Shown: piece by piece, positions 48,785 through 56,900 of the stretch
Numbering within the stretch: the first letter of the stretch is position 1
Layout of the letters: each line of letters opens with the position of its first letter
IMG/VR virus record: IMGVR_UViG_3300049009_000874
Coordinates: 1 to 64,000 of that record
DNA length: 64,000 bases
Strand: one strand, 5' to 3'
From: a virus
Taxonomy: Duplodnaviria > Caudoviricetes
Made by a program: the position numbers and the translations under genes
Notes under the pieces: model-generated
What the model saw: the letters and a program-made list of their open reading frames with translations, nothing else
Database searches by the model: none
What the model was told of the DNA's origin: nothing

Positions 48785-50064
48785 TTTGTTTCCACCTTTT
48801 CAGATGGAGTTATGTTCTGTACTTTTTGCGATGCCAATATTTGGTCTGGTATAACCTTGAATCTCAACTTGTGCGACTTGAAGATTTCAATCACTTCATC
48901 TTTTTTCCCTGGATCTATTTCCCTGTTCGAAACGATCTCTATGAAATCGTTTCCGCAATTCACCTGCCTTATCTCCGTCAGACCGGTTTCCATCAGCTTC
49001 TTCTTGTATTCGTTGATCGAATGCCCTTTTATGGCGAAGGGACGGTTCTCCAGGAACTTGAATTCCCTGTACAACCTTCCGCAAGAGCATCTCTGGTATT
49101 TATCGCCTATCTTGCACCTGTCTCCGTTCCAGAATTTGACGAAAGGACAAGCCAAGGAGAAGTAATCGGTCGACACGAGCCTTTCCTCGTTTTCGACACA
49201 CCAGGAGAGGTTATCCATCAAATGATAGTTCTTGTCCCTGCATGTAAAGAATGAGGAGCCACCATCCCAACATCTCATATGATCGCATATATGTGACACA
49301 TAGTTGTTGTCGAGAAGAAACTTAGAGTCTTCATCTAGAATTTTTTCATTACTATTACTTAACAAGTTGCACAGTTTCCCCTTATAGTTTTCCTTTTTGA
49401 TGTAAGAGCATATTTTTTTTATTTGCGGTCCGGGAGCGAATATCACATCCATTTTTTTTGCATTCAAATATTTGAGTAGATATTTTTGGAATACTTCTTC
49501 TTTTTCTTTTTGGAGTTTCGTGTTTGCGTAATGGACCATTGCGGTTCTTTTCGTTCCGTGGTGTTCCATGAAGTTCTTGCTTTTCGATGTGTTGCTTATG
49601 GGTCTTGGACCACTTCCGAACGAGGAGTTGAAAAAGTACATGATGTGTGGATTCTGTGGTATTTCGTATTCGTCTAGAATTAGGTCGTAGTGGTTTTCTC
49701 CTTCGATGAAATAAAGGAAAGGTTCCCATCGCAAGTACTCGAATCCCTCGCCGGTGGTGCTTCCGCTGCTTTTCATCGGCATGGATTCAGCTTCCAGGCA
49801 TTTCACGTACCACTTGCTTTTGTCTGCGAGATCCTTTTTCACAAAAAAAGGCAGGTCTTTCTTGTTCGCGTAAGCTTCGGAATGCCTCTCAGCCCAGGAC
49901 GATATGTTTCTTTTCAGTATGTCTATCGTCTCGGCGACGAGTTCCTCGTCGTGCAGGAGTAGGTCTTTGCATATTGGCTTGTAGTCGTAGGGAATTTGCG
50001 TGGAAGGATCGGCGAAGTTTTTCCACTTCTGGATGAACTGTTTTATTTCCTGTGTATTCCGCAT
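48781..50064 (-). CDS. Phenylacetate-CoA ligase/CapK-like adenylate-forming enzyme
   Basis: KSSGSTTG P-loop, FVKFWNGD, CSCGR. Confidence 0.7.
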   Translation of the reverse strand: MRNTQEIKQFIQKWKNFADPSTQIPYDYKPICKDLLLHDEELVAETIDILKRNISSWAERHSEAYANKKDLPFFVKKDLADKSKWYVKCLEAESMPMKSSGSTTGEGFEYLRWEPFLYFIEGENHYDLILDEYEIPQNPHIMYFFNSSFGSGPRPISNTSKSKNFMEHHGTKRTAMVHYANTKLQKEKEEVFQKYLLKYLNAKKMDVIFAPGPQIKKICSYIKKENYKGKLCNLLSNSNEKILDEDSKFLLDNNYVSHICDHMRCWDGGSSFFTCRDKNYHLMDNLSWCVENEERLVSTDYFSLACPFVKFWNGDRCKIGDKYQRCSCGRLYREFKFLENRPFAIKGHSINEYKKKLMETGLTEIRQVNCGNDFIEIVSNREIDPGKKDEVIEIFKSHKLRFKVIPDQILASQKVQNITPSEKVETK

Positions 50065-50735
50065 CCGTCCCTCAGAAAGAAATTAAGTGTTACCTTGTTG
50101 GTGTGACTCCATTTCACATCGGGAACCCATCTCGAGACTATGTCCCAGTCGTTGCACTTTTTAACGTAGCGCCAACCTCCGTGTTTTTCTATGAGGTATC
50201 TAGTGTGCATAATCTCAGAAGTATCTATATAACCAGCCTTTGGAATATCGTTGTGAATTCTCTCCCCGACAACTTTTTTGTTGGAATCGTAAAGTCTGGT
50301 TCCCGTGTAGCACATGTCGCTTTTCGTTTCGGTTATGGTTCTGTAGAGGGACTCTATGTGGTCCGGCTCATACCAGTTGTCGTCGTCCAGATAGGCTATG
50401 AGATCGTGCTTCGTGTTCATTATGGCGAAGTTCCTGGGAGCCCATCCTGCTCCGCTGTGGTTGACCGGGAGCGTGAAGAACTTGAACCTCTCGTCCTTGG
50501 AGCATATGTCCTCGAAATATTTCTGGGTGTATTTGCAGTTGTCGCATTCCAGGCATGTCCTTTCGAAATTGCTGAAAGTGCAGGCTTCGGAGCATCCGTC
50601 CTTGACGACGTAGCAGTCGAAGTTCTTGAATGTTTGTTTCAGAAGTGATTCCGTGCACCTTTCTAGCCACTCTGGGCTTGAGTGGTAGGTAGGCAGGCAT
50701 ATAAGAACTTTATCCAGACATCCATGTCTTGACAT
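50043..50735 (-). CDS. Glycosyltransferase family 2
   Basis: LPTYH, SLLKQT, VVKDG, PRNFAI, IAYLDDDN; GGAGG SD. Confidence 0.88.
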   Translation of the reverse strand: MSRHGCLDKVLICLPTYHSSPEWLERCTESLLKQTFKNFDCYVVKDGCSEACTFSNFERTCLECDNCKYTQKYFEDICSKDERFKFFTLPVNHSGAGWAPRNFAIMNTKHDLIAYLDDDNWYEPDHIESLYRTITETKSDMCYTGTRLYDSNKKVVGERIHNDIPKAGYIDTSEIMHTRYLIEKHGGWRYVKKCNDWDIVSRWVPDVKWSHTNKVTLNFFLRDGCGIHRK

Positions 50736-50782
50736 TTACCTCCTTGTGTAAAAATCTAACGAGAAACTATCTTTGTTTCTCG

Positions 50783-51781
50783 TTAGATTTCGTCAACAGG
50801 TCCGGGAACTGGTCCCATCTTTTTCAGCGCCTTGTGAGCGTGGTGGCGGTGGCGGTGTCCGCCGATCGATTTCGAAAGGGCTGAATCGCCTTCGCCATCT
50901 TCGCCGTCATGGTCCTCATCGCCTTCGCCGTCATGGTCCTCATCGCCTTCGCCGTCATGGTCCTCATCGCCTTCGCCATCTTCGTCGTTTTCCATGTCTT
51001 CATCGTCTTCATCTTCATGATCTTCATCGCCTTCGTCACCTTCCATGTCTTCATCGCCTTCATCTTCATGGTCTTCTTCACCTTCGCCTTCTTCGTCACC
51101 TTCCATGTCTTCATCCCCTTCACCTTCGCCGTCAATTTTGAACTCATCGTCTTCCTCTTCGCCATTGCTTGAGTCGCCATCCATATAGCCCATCTCGTTC
51201 ATCATTTTCTGGAATGTGTTGTTGACTTTTATCTCCTCGATGATGGCTTTGATGGTGTTCTCGTGCTTGCAGGCTTCCGACAAGAACGAATCTATGAGGT
51301 TGCTTCTTTTTAGTTCCATGACAAGCTGTGACATGTTCGCTTGCGACTTGGAGCATAGATGTACTGCTTCCTTGATCTGACCATAGGACATGTTGCTTGT
51401 TTCGTTTCGCATCCCGCTTATGAAGCTGGAATTGCTCATGTTCTTCGTGTTCCTCAGCCATTCGGACACGCTTGTGGTTTTCGGCCAAGTCGGAAGCTTC
51501 TCGTGTTCTGATGACTTAACGACGGTTTCTGGCTCGTAAACCAATTCCTTGTCTCCCATGTCCGCGAACCCATCAGATGACTTGTTTGGGTTTTTTGCCA
51601 TTTTGTTCGCCATATATGGCTTTGGAGCCATGTTCGATTTTGCCCCGCCAGCGTTCTTGTCCACTTCAGCCTTAGGTGGAGCGGACGAGCTTGGTCCCTT
51701 GTAATCCGGAACCATCTCGGTTGCTGGGGTTTTGATTTTTTTGTCGTGGGTCAAATATTCTTGAAAACTTCTGAATGCCAT
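50783..51781 (-). CDS. Protein with capsid-targeting-like N-terminus, very acidic repeat region and His-rich tail
   Basis: MAFRSFQEYL; GEGDEDHD repeats (24 bp x3 at 50900-50971); HRHRHHAH. Confidence 0.8.
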   Translation of the reverse strand: MAFRSFQEYLTHDKKIKTPATEMVPDYKGPSSSAPPKAEVDKNAGGAKSNMAPKPYMANKMAKNPNKSSDGFADMGDKELVYEPETVVKSSEHEKLPTWPKTTSVSEWLRNTKNMSNSSFISGMRNETSNMSYGQIKEAVHLCSKSQANMSQLVMELKRSNLIDSFLSEACKHENTIKAIIEEIKVNNTFQKMMNEMGYMDGDSSNGEEEDDEFKIDGEGEGDEDMEGDEEGEGEEDHEDEGDEDMEGDEGDEDHEDEDDEDMENDEDGEGDEDHDGEGDEDHDGEGDEDHDGEDGEGDSALSKSIGGHRHRHHAHKALKKMGPVPGPVDEI

Positions 51782-51860
51782 GATTGCTCCATAATAATTC
51801 TTGTTAGGATGACTAATCCTATATAGAAGGATTTCTTTTGAAAATAATTCCGTTTGGGTG

Positions 51861-51889
51861 TTGATTTTTTAAATTGTATCTGTTAAATT
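51861..51889 (+). promoter_or_regulatory. Sigma70-like promoter
   Basis: TTGATT-17 nt-TAAATT with extended TG. Confidence 0.5.
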
Positions 51890-51920
51890 TCTCGATCTGT
51901 GCTTAAAGGATTTTTCACCC

Positions 51921-52445
51921 ATGAAGGAGTTTGGCATGAATCAGTATGTCGTATATGGATTTTTGGCTGTTTCCGTAGCAATCAACGGATATCAGGTCTA
52001 CAGAATGGATAACATGAGGGAAGTGGTTAATCTGGTGACCCAGAAAGACCAGTTGACCCAGTCGGGATACAGCGAATTGCTTTACAACCACATAAACAGC
52101 TTGAGAAACGACCAGATTGAGGCTTCGAGGAACCAGGGGAAGATCGAGGGAATCATCTCCGTCGTCAACAACGCGAAACCGGAAGCCAACGAGATAAGTT
52201 CGATCTGGCATAGCGGCTACTATAGAGGCATGGACCAGGTTGAGTTTGTCAGGGTTATGGCTTATGAGGATGGATACCACAGAGCTACCGAGGACATAAG
52301 CTGCCCAGCAGGGAATTCGACCAACAATAAAACCAAAATTGGAACCAAGCCCGAGACCAAGCCCGAGACCAAGCCCGAGACCAAGCCAGAGACCAAGCCA
52401 GAGACCAAGCCAGAGACCAAGCCAGAGACCAAGCCGATCAAGTAA
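51921..52445 (+). CDS. Membrane-anchored protein with TKPE repeat tail
   Basis: N-terminal hydrophobic helix; (TKPE)x7. Confidence 0.75.
   Translation: MKEFGMNQYVVYGFLAVSVAINGYQVYRMDNMREVVNLVTQKDQLTQSGYSELLYNHINSLRNDQIEASRNQGKIEGIISVVNNAKPEANEISSIWHSGYYRGMDQVEFVRVMAYEDGYHRATEDISCPAGNSTNNKTKIGTKPETKPETKPETKPETKPETKPETKPETKPIK
52344..52436 (+). repeat. 12-bp tandem repeat ACCAAGCC(C/A)GAG x7 plus a partial copy
   Basis: Read directly. Confidence 0.95.
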
Positions 52446-52459
52446 TTCGTCGATCAGGC

Positions 52460-52692
52460 TGTCACTTTGCGCTTCTCAAAAAAACTAAAGTGCATTGGAA
52501 TTCGTTCTGCGGTGGCGCGCAGGGCTCTCTCACACGGAGACATACATGAGAAAACAAGTCGTGATGTCTTTTAACGAGGTTTTTAGTTTACCTTATCCTG
52601 TAGATATTCGCCAAAATTGATCGAGGTTGGGATCGAACCTTGAGCGACTTGTAGGCAAAGTGCGACAAAAAGGGCTTAAACGCCCTTTTTGT
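52460..52692 (+). ncRNA. Candidate ~210-230 nt structured RNA (rod with central bubble, 6S-like?)
   Basis: Nested arms 52460-70/52655-67, 52475-79/52640-44, 52513-17/52609-13, 52520-23/52597-600, 52538-43/52564-69; ends in a terminator. Confidence 0.45.
52665..52692. terminator. Bidirectional intrinsic terminator
   Basis: ACAAAAAGGGC-TTAAAC-GCCCTTTTTGT perfect 11-bp inverted repeat. Confidence 0.85.
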
Positions 52693-53093
52693 TATTTGTG
52701 CTCTCTGTTTCTTATGAGCAGTTCGCCGACGACTTCTATCTTGCCGACCAGTTTCTGGAACTTGCTCTGGTTTACTTTTTCTATTTTTTCCATGTAAGAG
52801 TGGAGTTCCGAGCACAACCTCTTGTATTCCTCTTGCATTTTTTCTTTGTCGAACTTGCCTTGCGCTACCTTCTTGTAATATGGTAGTTTCACCGAGAAGT
52901 GGTCATACGTGAGCATCGCTATGCCTCCCTTGGATTTGGCGCTACTTGCTATCTTTTCAGCCCCATCGTGTCTCTTTTTGGCGAACTCATCAATGGTAAG
53001 CTCTGATTTCTGCTCATTGAGAACACCAGAAAGTAAAAGCATTTGCGCGCGTGTCTCTTCGTTCATTTCGACCTCTGTTTGTATGGAATGCAT
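52692..53093 (-). CDS. Hypothetical protein
   Basis: 133-aa ORF; GAGG SD favours start 53066; TATAGATA upstream. Confidence 0.7.
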   Translation of the reverse strand: MHSIQTEVEMNEETRAQMLLLSGVLNEQKSELTIDEFAKKRHDGAEKIASSAKSKGGIAMLTYDHFSVKLPYYKKVAQGKFDKEKMQEEYKRLCSELHSYMEKIEKVNQSKFQKLVGKIEVVGELLIRNREHK

Positions 53094-53144
53094 TATCTAT
53101 AGTAGCTTGATGGAATATTTCTCTTATTGGAAAAGGCAAAAGCC

Positions 53145-55883
53145 ATGCTTAATTCTTACGAAAAGATAGAGAAACTTCTCTGGCACATATTCGACCGCAA
53201 GAGCCTTTCCGACAAGCACAGGAAGAGGCTGGAGTGGGAACTCCGCGAGATAGATGTCCAAGGGAAGTCCGACCACCTCATAAAGATGTTCAAGGACAAG
53301 GTTCGGTGTGACGGAAACGAGAACAACCTGATTTCATTCTGGCTCCTTGGCTTGTGCCAAGAATTCGACGTGGACCGCGACCCGAAATTCACTCAGGGCG
53401 ACATGCCGGACATAGACGTCGACTATCTCAGCGAGGTCAGGGACTACCTGAAGAACAAGTGGGCTTGCGAGACGTTTGGCGTGGACTACGTCTGCAACAT
53501 CGGCAACTACACGACCTTCGGAATCAAGAGCGCGTTGATCGACATGGCTAGGGTTCACGGTCTTCCAAGGGGTGATATGCTCGAGCTAACCAAGAACCTC
53601 GACGCCAAGGACGACGAGGGGAAGACGATGACCTGGGAGTCGGCGATGAACCTCTACCCGAAACTCAAGGAGTACTGCGACGCCAACCCGGACGTTGCCG
53701 AGTCGGCGCGCAAGCTCATAAACAGGAACAGGGGCATGGGTCAGCACGCCGGGGGTCTGATCATATCGTCGATGCCACTCCACGATCTGGTGCCGCTCGT
53801 GAAGAGGAAGGACAATCCGCAGGCGTCAGCCTGGGTCGAGGGTCTGAACGGACAGGACCTCCAGCCAGTCGGTCTGGTGAAGTTCGACCTCCTCGTGATC
53901 TCGAACCTGCAGCAGATATCGAGTTGCTGCGAGCTCGTGAAGAAAAACCACAACATGGACAGCATATGCGCCCTCCCCGGGCAGTCAGACTGGAGCGACG
54001 TCCAGAGGTGGAGGAACGACCCGAAGTCTTTGGCTATGGCTGACGTCGGGGACCTGAAGTGCATATTCCAGTTCGACAGCGAGGGCATCAGGAGGCTGGT
54101 CAAGTCCGGGGGCGTGGACCGTTTCGAGGATCTCGTGGCGTATACAGCCCTCTACAGACCCGGTCCGCTCGGAATGCTCATGCATGAAAGGTACACCAAG
54201 AGGAAGAGGGGCGAGGAGTCCTACGAGTTGCACCCGCTGGTCCAGCCAATACTCGGCGACACGTACGGGGTGATGGTGTACCAGGAGCAGATCATGCGCA
54301 TACTGAACAAGGTGGGCGAGATCCCGCTGCGGGACTGCGAGATCGTGCGGAAGGCTATATCCAAGAAAAAGGTCGAGGCATTCCAGAAGTACAAGAACAT
54401 GTTTGTCTCAAACGGACAGAGGAACCTCCAGACGACGGAGGAGGACATCATCAGCCTTTGGAATCAGGTCCAGGCTTTTTCTGAGTACGGATTCAATAAA
54501 AGCCATGCCGTCGCGTACACCTACGTCTCGGCGAGGCTGCTTTACTTCAAAGCCCATTACCCGCATGAGTTCTACACCTCGGTTCTGGGCTGCGAGACCT
54601 TGTCGGAGAAGATCAAGGAGTACAAGATAGAAGCCAAGAACCACGGCGTCGACATGCACGGCGTCGACATCAACAAGTCGAAGTCCACCTTCGAGCTGGT
54701 TGGGGATTCCATCTATTACGGTCTATCGAACGTCAAGGGCGTAGGTCAGGTTCCGGCGAAGAAGATCGTCGACAACCAGCCCTACGCCGGGTTCGAGGAT
54801 TTCCTCACGAGGTTCGGCACGGACGCCAACATAGTGAAGTGCGTCGTTGGTCTAAGGTGCTTCAGTGACTCGAACCCGATAACCTTGTGGAAGTTCTACG
54901 AGCACTTCAAGGAATGCCAGAAAAAGCTCGACGACAAGAAGAAAAGGTTCCTGGCGAGCATGGAGCAGTACGACGTCGAATTCCTCGAGCTTTTCCCCGG
55001 AGAGACCAGAAGCCTTTCCGAATTCCACGGCGACAGCCCATTCGACGGACCGGAATGGGCTGGCTTCGACATCGACGAGGTCATAGAGACCGAGAAGACC
55101 GTCGAGTGCGACCAGAGCCAGGGCAAGCCGAAGCTCGAGATGGAGTATGTCCCGATCCAGGGCACCGACGACTTCGTCGAGGTCCAGACGATCAGGAACT
55201 ACAAGTCGATCAAGGTGAAAAAGAACTGGAACAGGCTGAAGGAGCTGAAGAGGCTGTGGTCGAGAAGGGAAAAAGCCATGGCTAGGCTCGAGGACTCCAA
55301 GTCGTTGTCGCTGCCGACGCTCGCCTCGTTCAAGCCAAACGATTTCGAGATAGACAAGGATTTCGCCAAGGAACTGCGGAACAAGGTAGCCTGCGAGATG
55401 AAGTATTACGGTTTCGCCTGGATACACAACGTGGAGAACAGCCCGGACTTCAAGGGCAACACGTTCCAGACGCTGAGGGAGAACGACGGCTGCGTCTGCC
55501 CCGTCGAGGTCGAGGTCGTCTCGAGGAAGGTTTGCAAGAGCAAGAAGGGCAATTCCTACCTGCAGCTCGAGGTCGAGGACGCCATGGGCGAGAAAAACCG
55601 CCTGAACGTCTGGGAGGACGATGTTGCCCGCTGGGACAGAGAAATGAAGAAGGGTAACTTACTTAGGTTGAGGCTGATGCCGCCGGACAAGGGCTTCTCA
55701 ACGTATACCCTGGAACAGAACAAGAAGATGCCGAACAAGGGCTGGGCTTACAGGTTTCCGACCAAGGACAGCGACTACAGGGTTTTCGTGATGAAGCCGC
55801 CGGTGTCGGCGGAGGACAAGTACCAGACCGAGGACGAGGTTCTGGAACAGTTTGGAAATTGCATAATGGAGGACAAGAAATGA
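53145..55883 (+). CDS. dnaE: DNA polymerase III alpha, C-terminal part (catalytic aspartates, fingers, HhH, OB)
   Basis: MPDIDVDY, GQHAGG, VKFDLL, IFQFDS, ALYRPGP, YQEQIM, YGFNKSHAVAY, GLSNVKGVG. Confidence 0.92.
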   Translation: MLNSYEKIEKLLWHIFDRKSLSDKHRKRLEWELREIDVQGKSDHLIKMFKDKVRCDGNENNLISFWLLGLCQEFDVDRDPKFTQGDMPDIDVDYLSEVRDYLKNKWACETFGVDYVCNIGNYTTFGIKSALIDMARVHGLPRGDMLELTKNLDAKDDEGKTMTWESAMNLYPKLKEYCDANPDVAESARKLINRNRGMGQHAGGLIISSMPLHDLVPLVKRKDNPQASAWVEGLNGQDLQPVGLVKFDLLVISNLQQISSCCELVKKNHNMDSICALPGQSDWSDVQRWRNDPKSLAMADVGDLKCIFQFDSEGIRRLVKSGGVDRFEDLVAYTALYRPGPLGMLMHERYTKRKRGEESYELHPLVQPILGDTYGVMVYQEQIMRILNKVGEIPLRDCEIVRKAISKKKVEAFQKYKNMFVSNGQRNLQTTEEDIISLWNQVQAFSEYGFNKSHAVAYTYVSARLLYFKAHYPHEFYTSVLGCETLSEKIKEYKIEAKNHGVDMHGVDINKSKSTFELVGDSIYYGLSNVKGVGQVPAKKIVDNQPYAGFEDFLTRFGTDANIVKCVVGLRCFSDSNPITLWKFYEHFKECQKKLDDKKKRFLASMEQYDVEFLELFPGETRSLSEFHGDSPFDGPEWAGFDIDEVIETEKTVECDQSQGKPKLEMEYVPIQGTDDFVEVQTIRNYKSIKVKKNWNRLKELKRLWSRREKAMARLEDSKSLSLPTLASFKPNDFEIDKDFAKELRNKVACEMKYYGFAWIHNVENSPDFKGNTFQTLRENDGCVCPVEVEVVSRKVCKSKKGNSYLQLEVEDAMGEKNRLNVWEDDVARWDREMKKGNLLRLRLMPPDKGFSTYTLEQNKKMPNKGWAYRFPTKDSDYRVFVMKPPVSAEDKYQTEDEVLEQFGNCIMEDKK

Positions 55884-56353
55884 GCGAATTGATAATAGAC
55901 CAGGATAATTTCGGGCAACACTTCTTCGACACCCGCAGGCACAAGCCGGAGAAAGGGCAGGTCATGGCGAAATACACGGCGATAGCCGAGTTCGTCGACG
56001 GCATGATGAAGAAGAACATAATAGACCTCCTGCACAAGGACAAGGCTGAGGCAGCCGTGCAGGTGCTGCACCGTCTCGGGTGCGCGGCTGAAGAGGACGC
56101 GGTCAGGGTTTGCAAGGAGATCTGTCAGGACCTGATAGAAGGCATGACGGACGAGCAGGTCGAGCACAAGGTTTACAGATACAGGCTCGAGTCCTTTTAC
56201 TATACGGACAGGGGCAATGTCCCGATCGGCGATCCGCACTGGACCCTAATAGGCATAACCAACCTGGACGAATTCGTGGACTCGAACAATAACAGGTGCA
56301 AAATAAAAACAAGGATAGTAGATAATATCGATGAAACGGAAAAAATCGAGTAA
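55880..56353 (+). CDS. Hypothetical protein
   Basis: GGAGG SD; ATGA overlap with dnaE-C. Confidence 0.75.
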   Translation: MSELIIDQDNFGQHFFDTRRHKPEKGQVMAKYTAIAEFVDGMMKKNIIDLLHKDKAEAAVQVLHRLGCAAEEDAVRVCKEICQDLIEGMTDEQVEHKVYRYRLESFYYTDRGNVPIGDPHWTLIGITNLDEFVDSNNNRCKIKTRIVDNIDETEKIE

Positions 56354-56900
56354 TTTTGGCGATGTCCTGTTCATGGACACGGTCTACAGACCGGCGGTCG
56401 GCTCCTTTGGAAAACCAAGGTCCGACAAGGGTGAGAGGTATGTGGTCTGCACATGGCACTCATGCAGGGACATATGGCACAACCAGATGTATAACGCCAA
56501 GATATTCTTCTATGCCCACGAGGCTTGCAAGAACAAGTCAATAGCCGCCTTCTTCGAGAGGGTGGAGGACATGCTCAAGCTCGAGTCGCCGAGCCAGTTC
56601 GGACCAACGCAGAAAAAGTCGATCATGTACATAAAGCCCTCAAGATGGTGGCTCAAATACGCCATGAGGAGGTCGCTTTTCACCATATTGCTTCGTTCGT
56701 CGACTGGGTACGACATCTCCTCCGAAAATTTCGAGGAAGCCCTGAGAAGCGACGTTTACGCCTTGCGAACAAGCATTGCCATAAACCATTTCCTTTCGGG
56801 GAACACCGTGTACAAGGGTCGAAAGAGGGGATGGTACAAGCAGTTCTGCGAACCGTTCGCCGATGACGGGTTTCTCGGGCGAACGCTCATGCCAGAGTGA
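56331..56900 (+). CDS. Hypothetical protein
   Basis: 189-aa ORF. Confidence 0.7.
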   Translation: MKRKKSSNFGDVLFMDTVYRPAVGSFGKPRSDKGERYVVCTWHSCRDIWHNQMYNAKIFFYAHEACKNKSIAAFFERVEDMLKLESPSQFGPTQKKSIMYIKPSRWWLKYAMRRSLFTILLRSSTGYDISSENFEEALRSDVYALRTSIAINHFLSGNTVYKGRKRGWYKQFCEPFADDGFLGRTLMPE

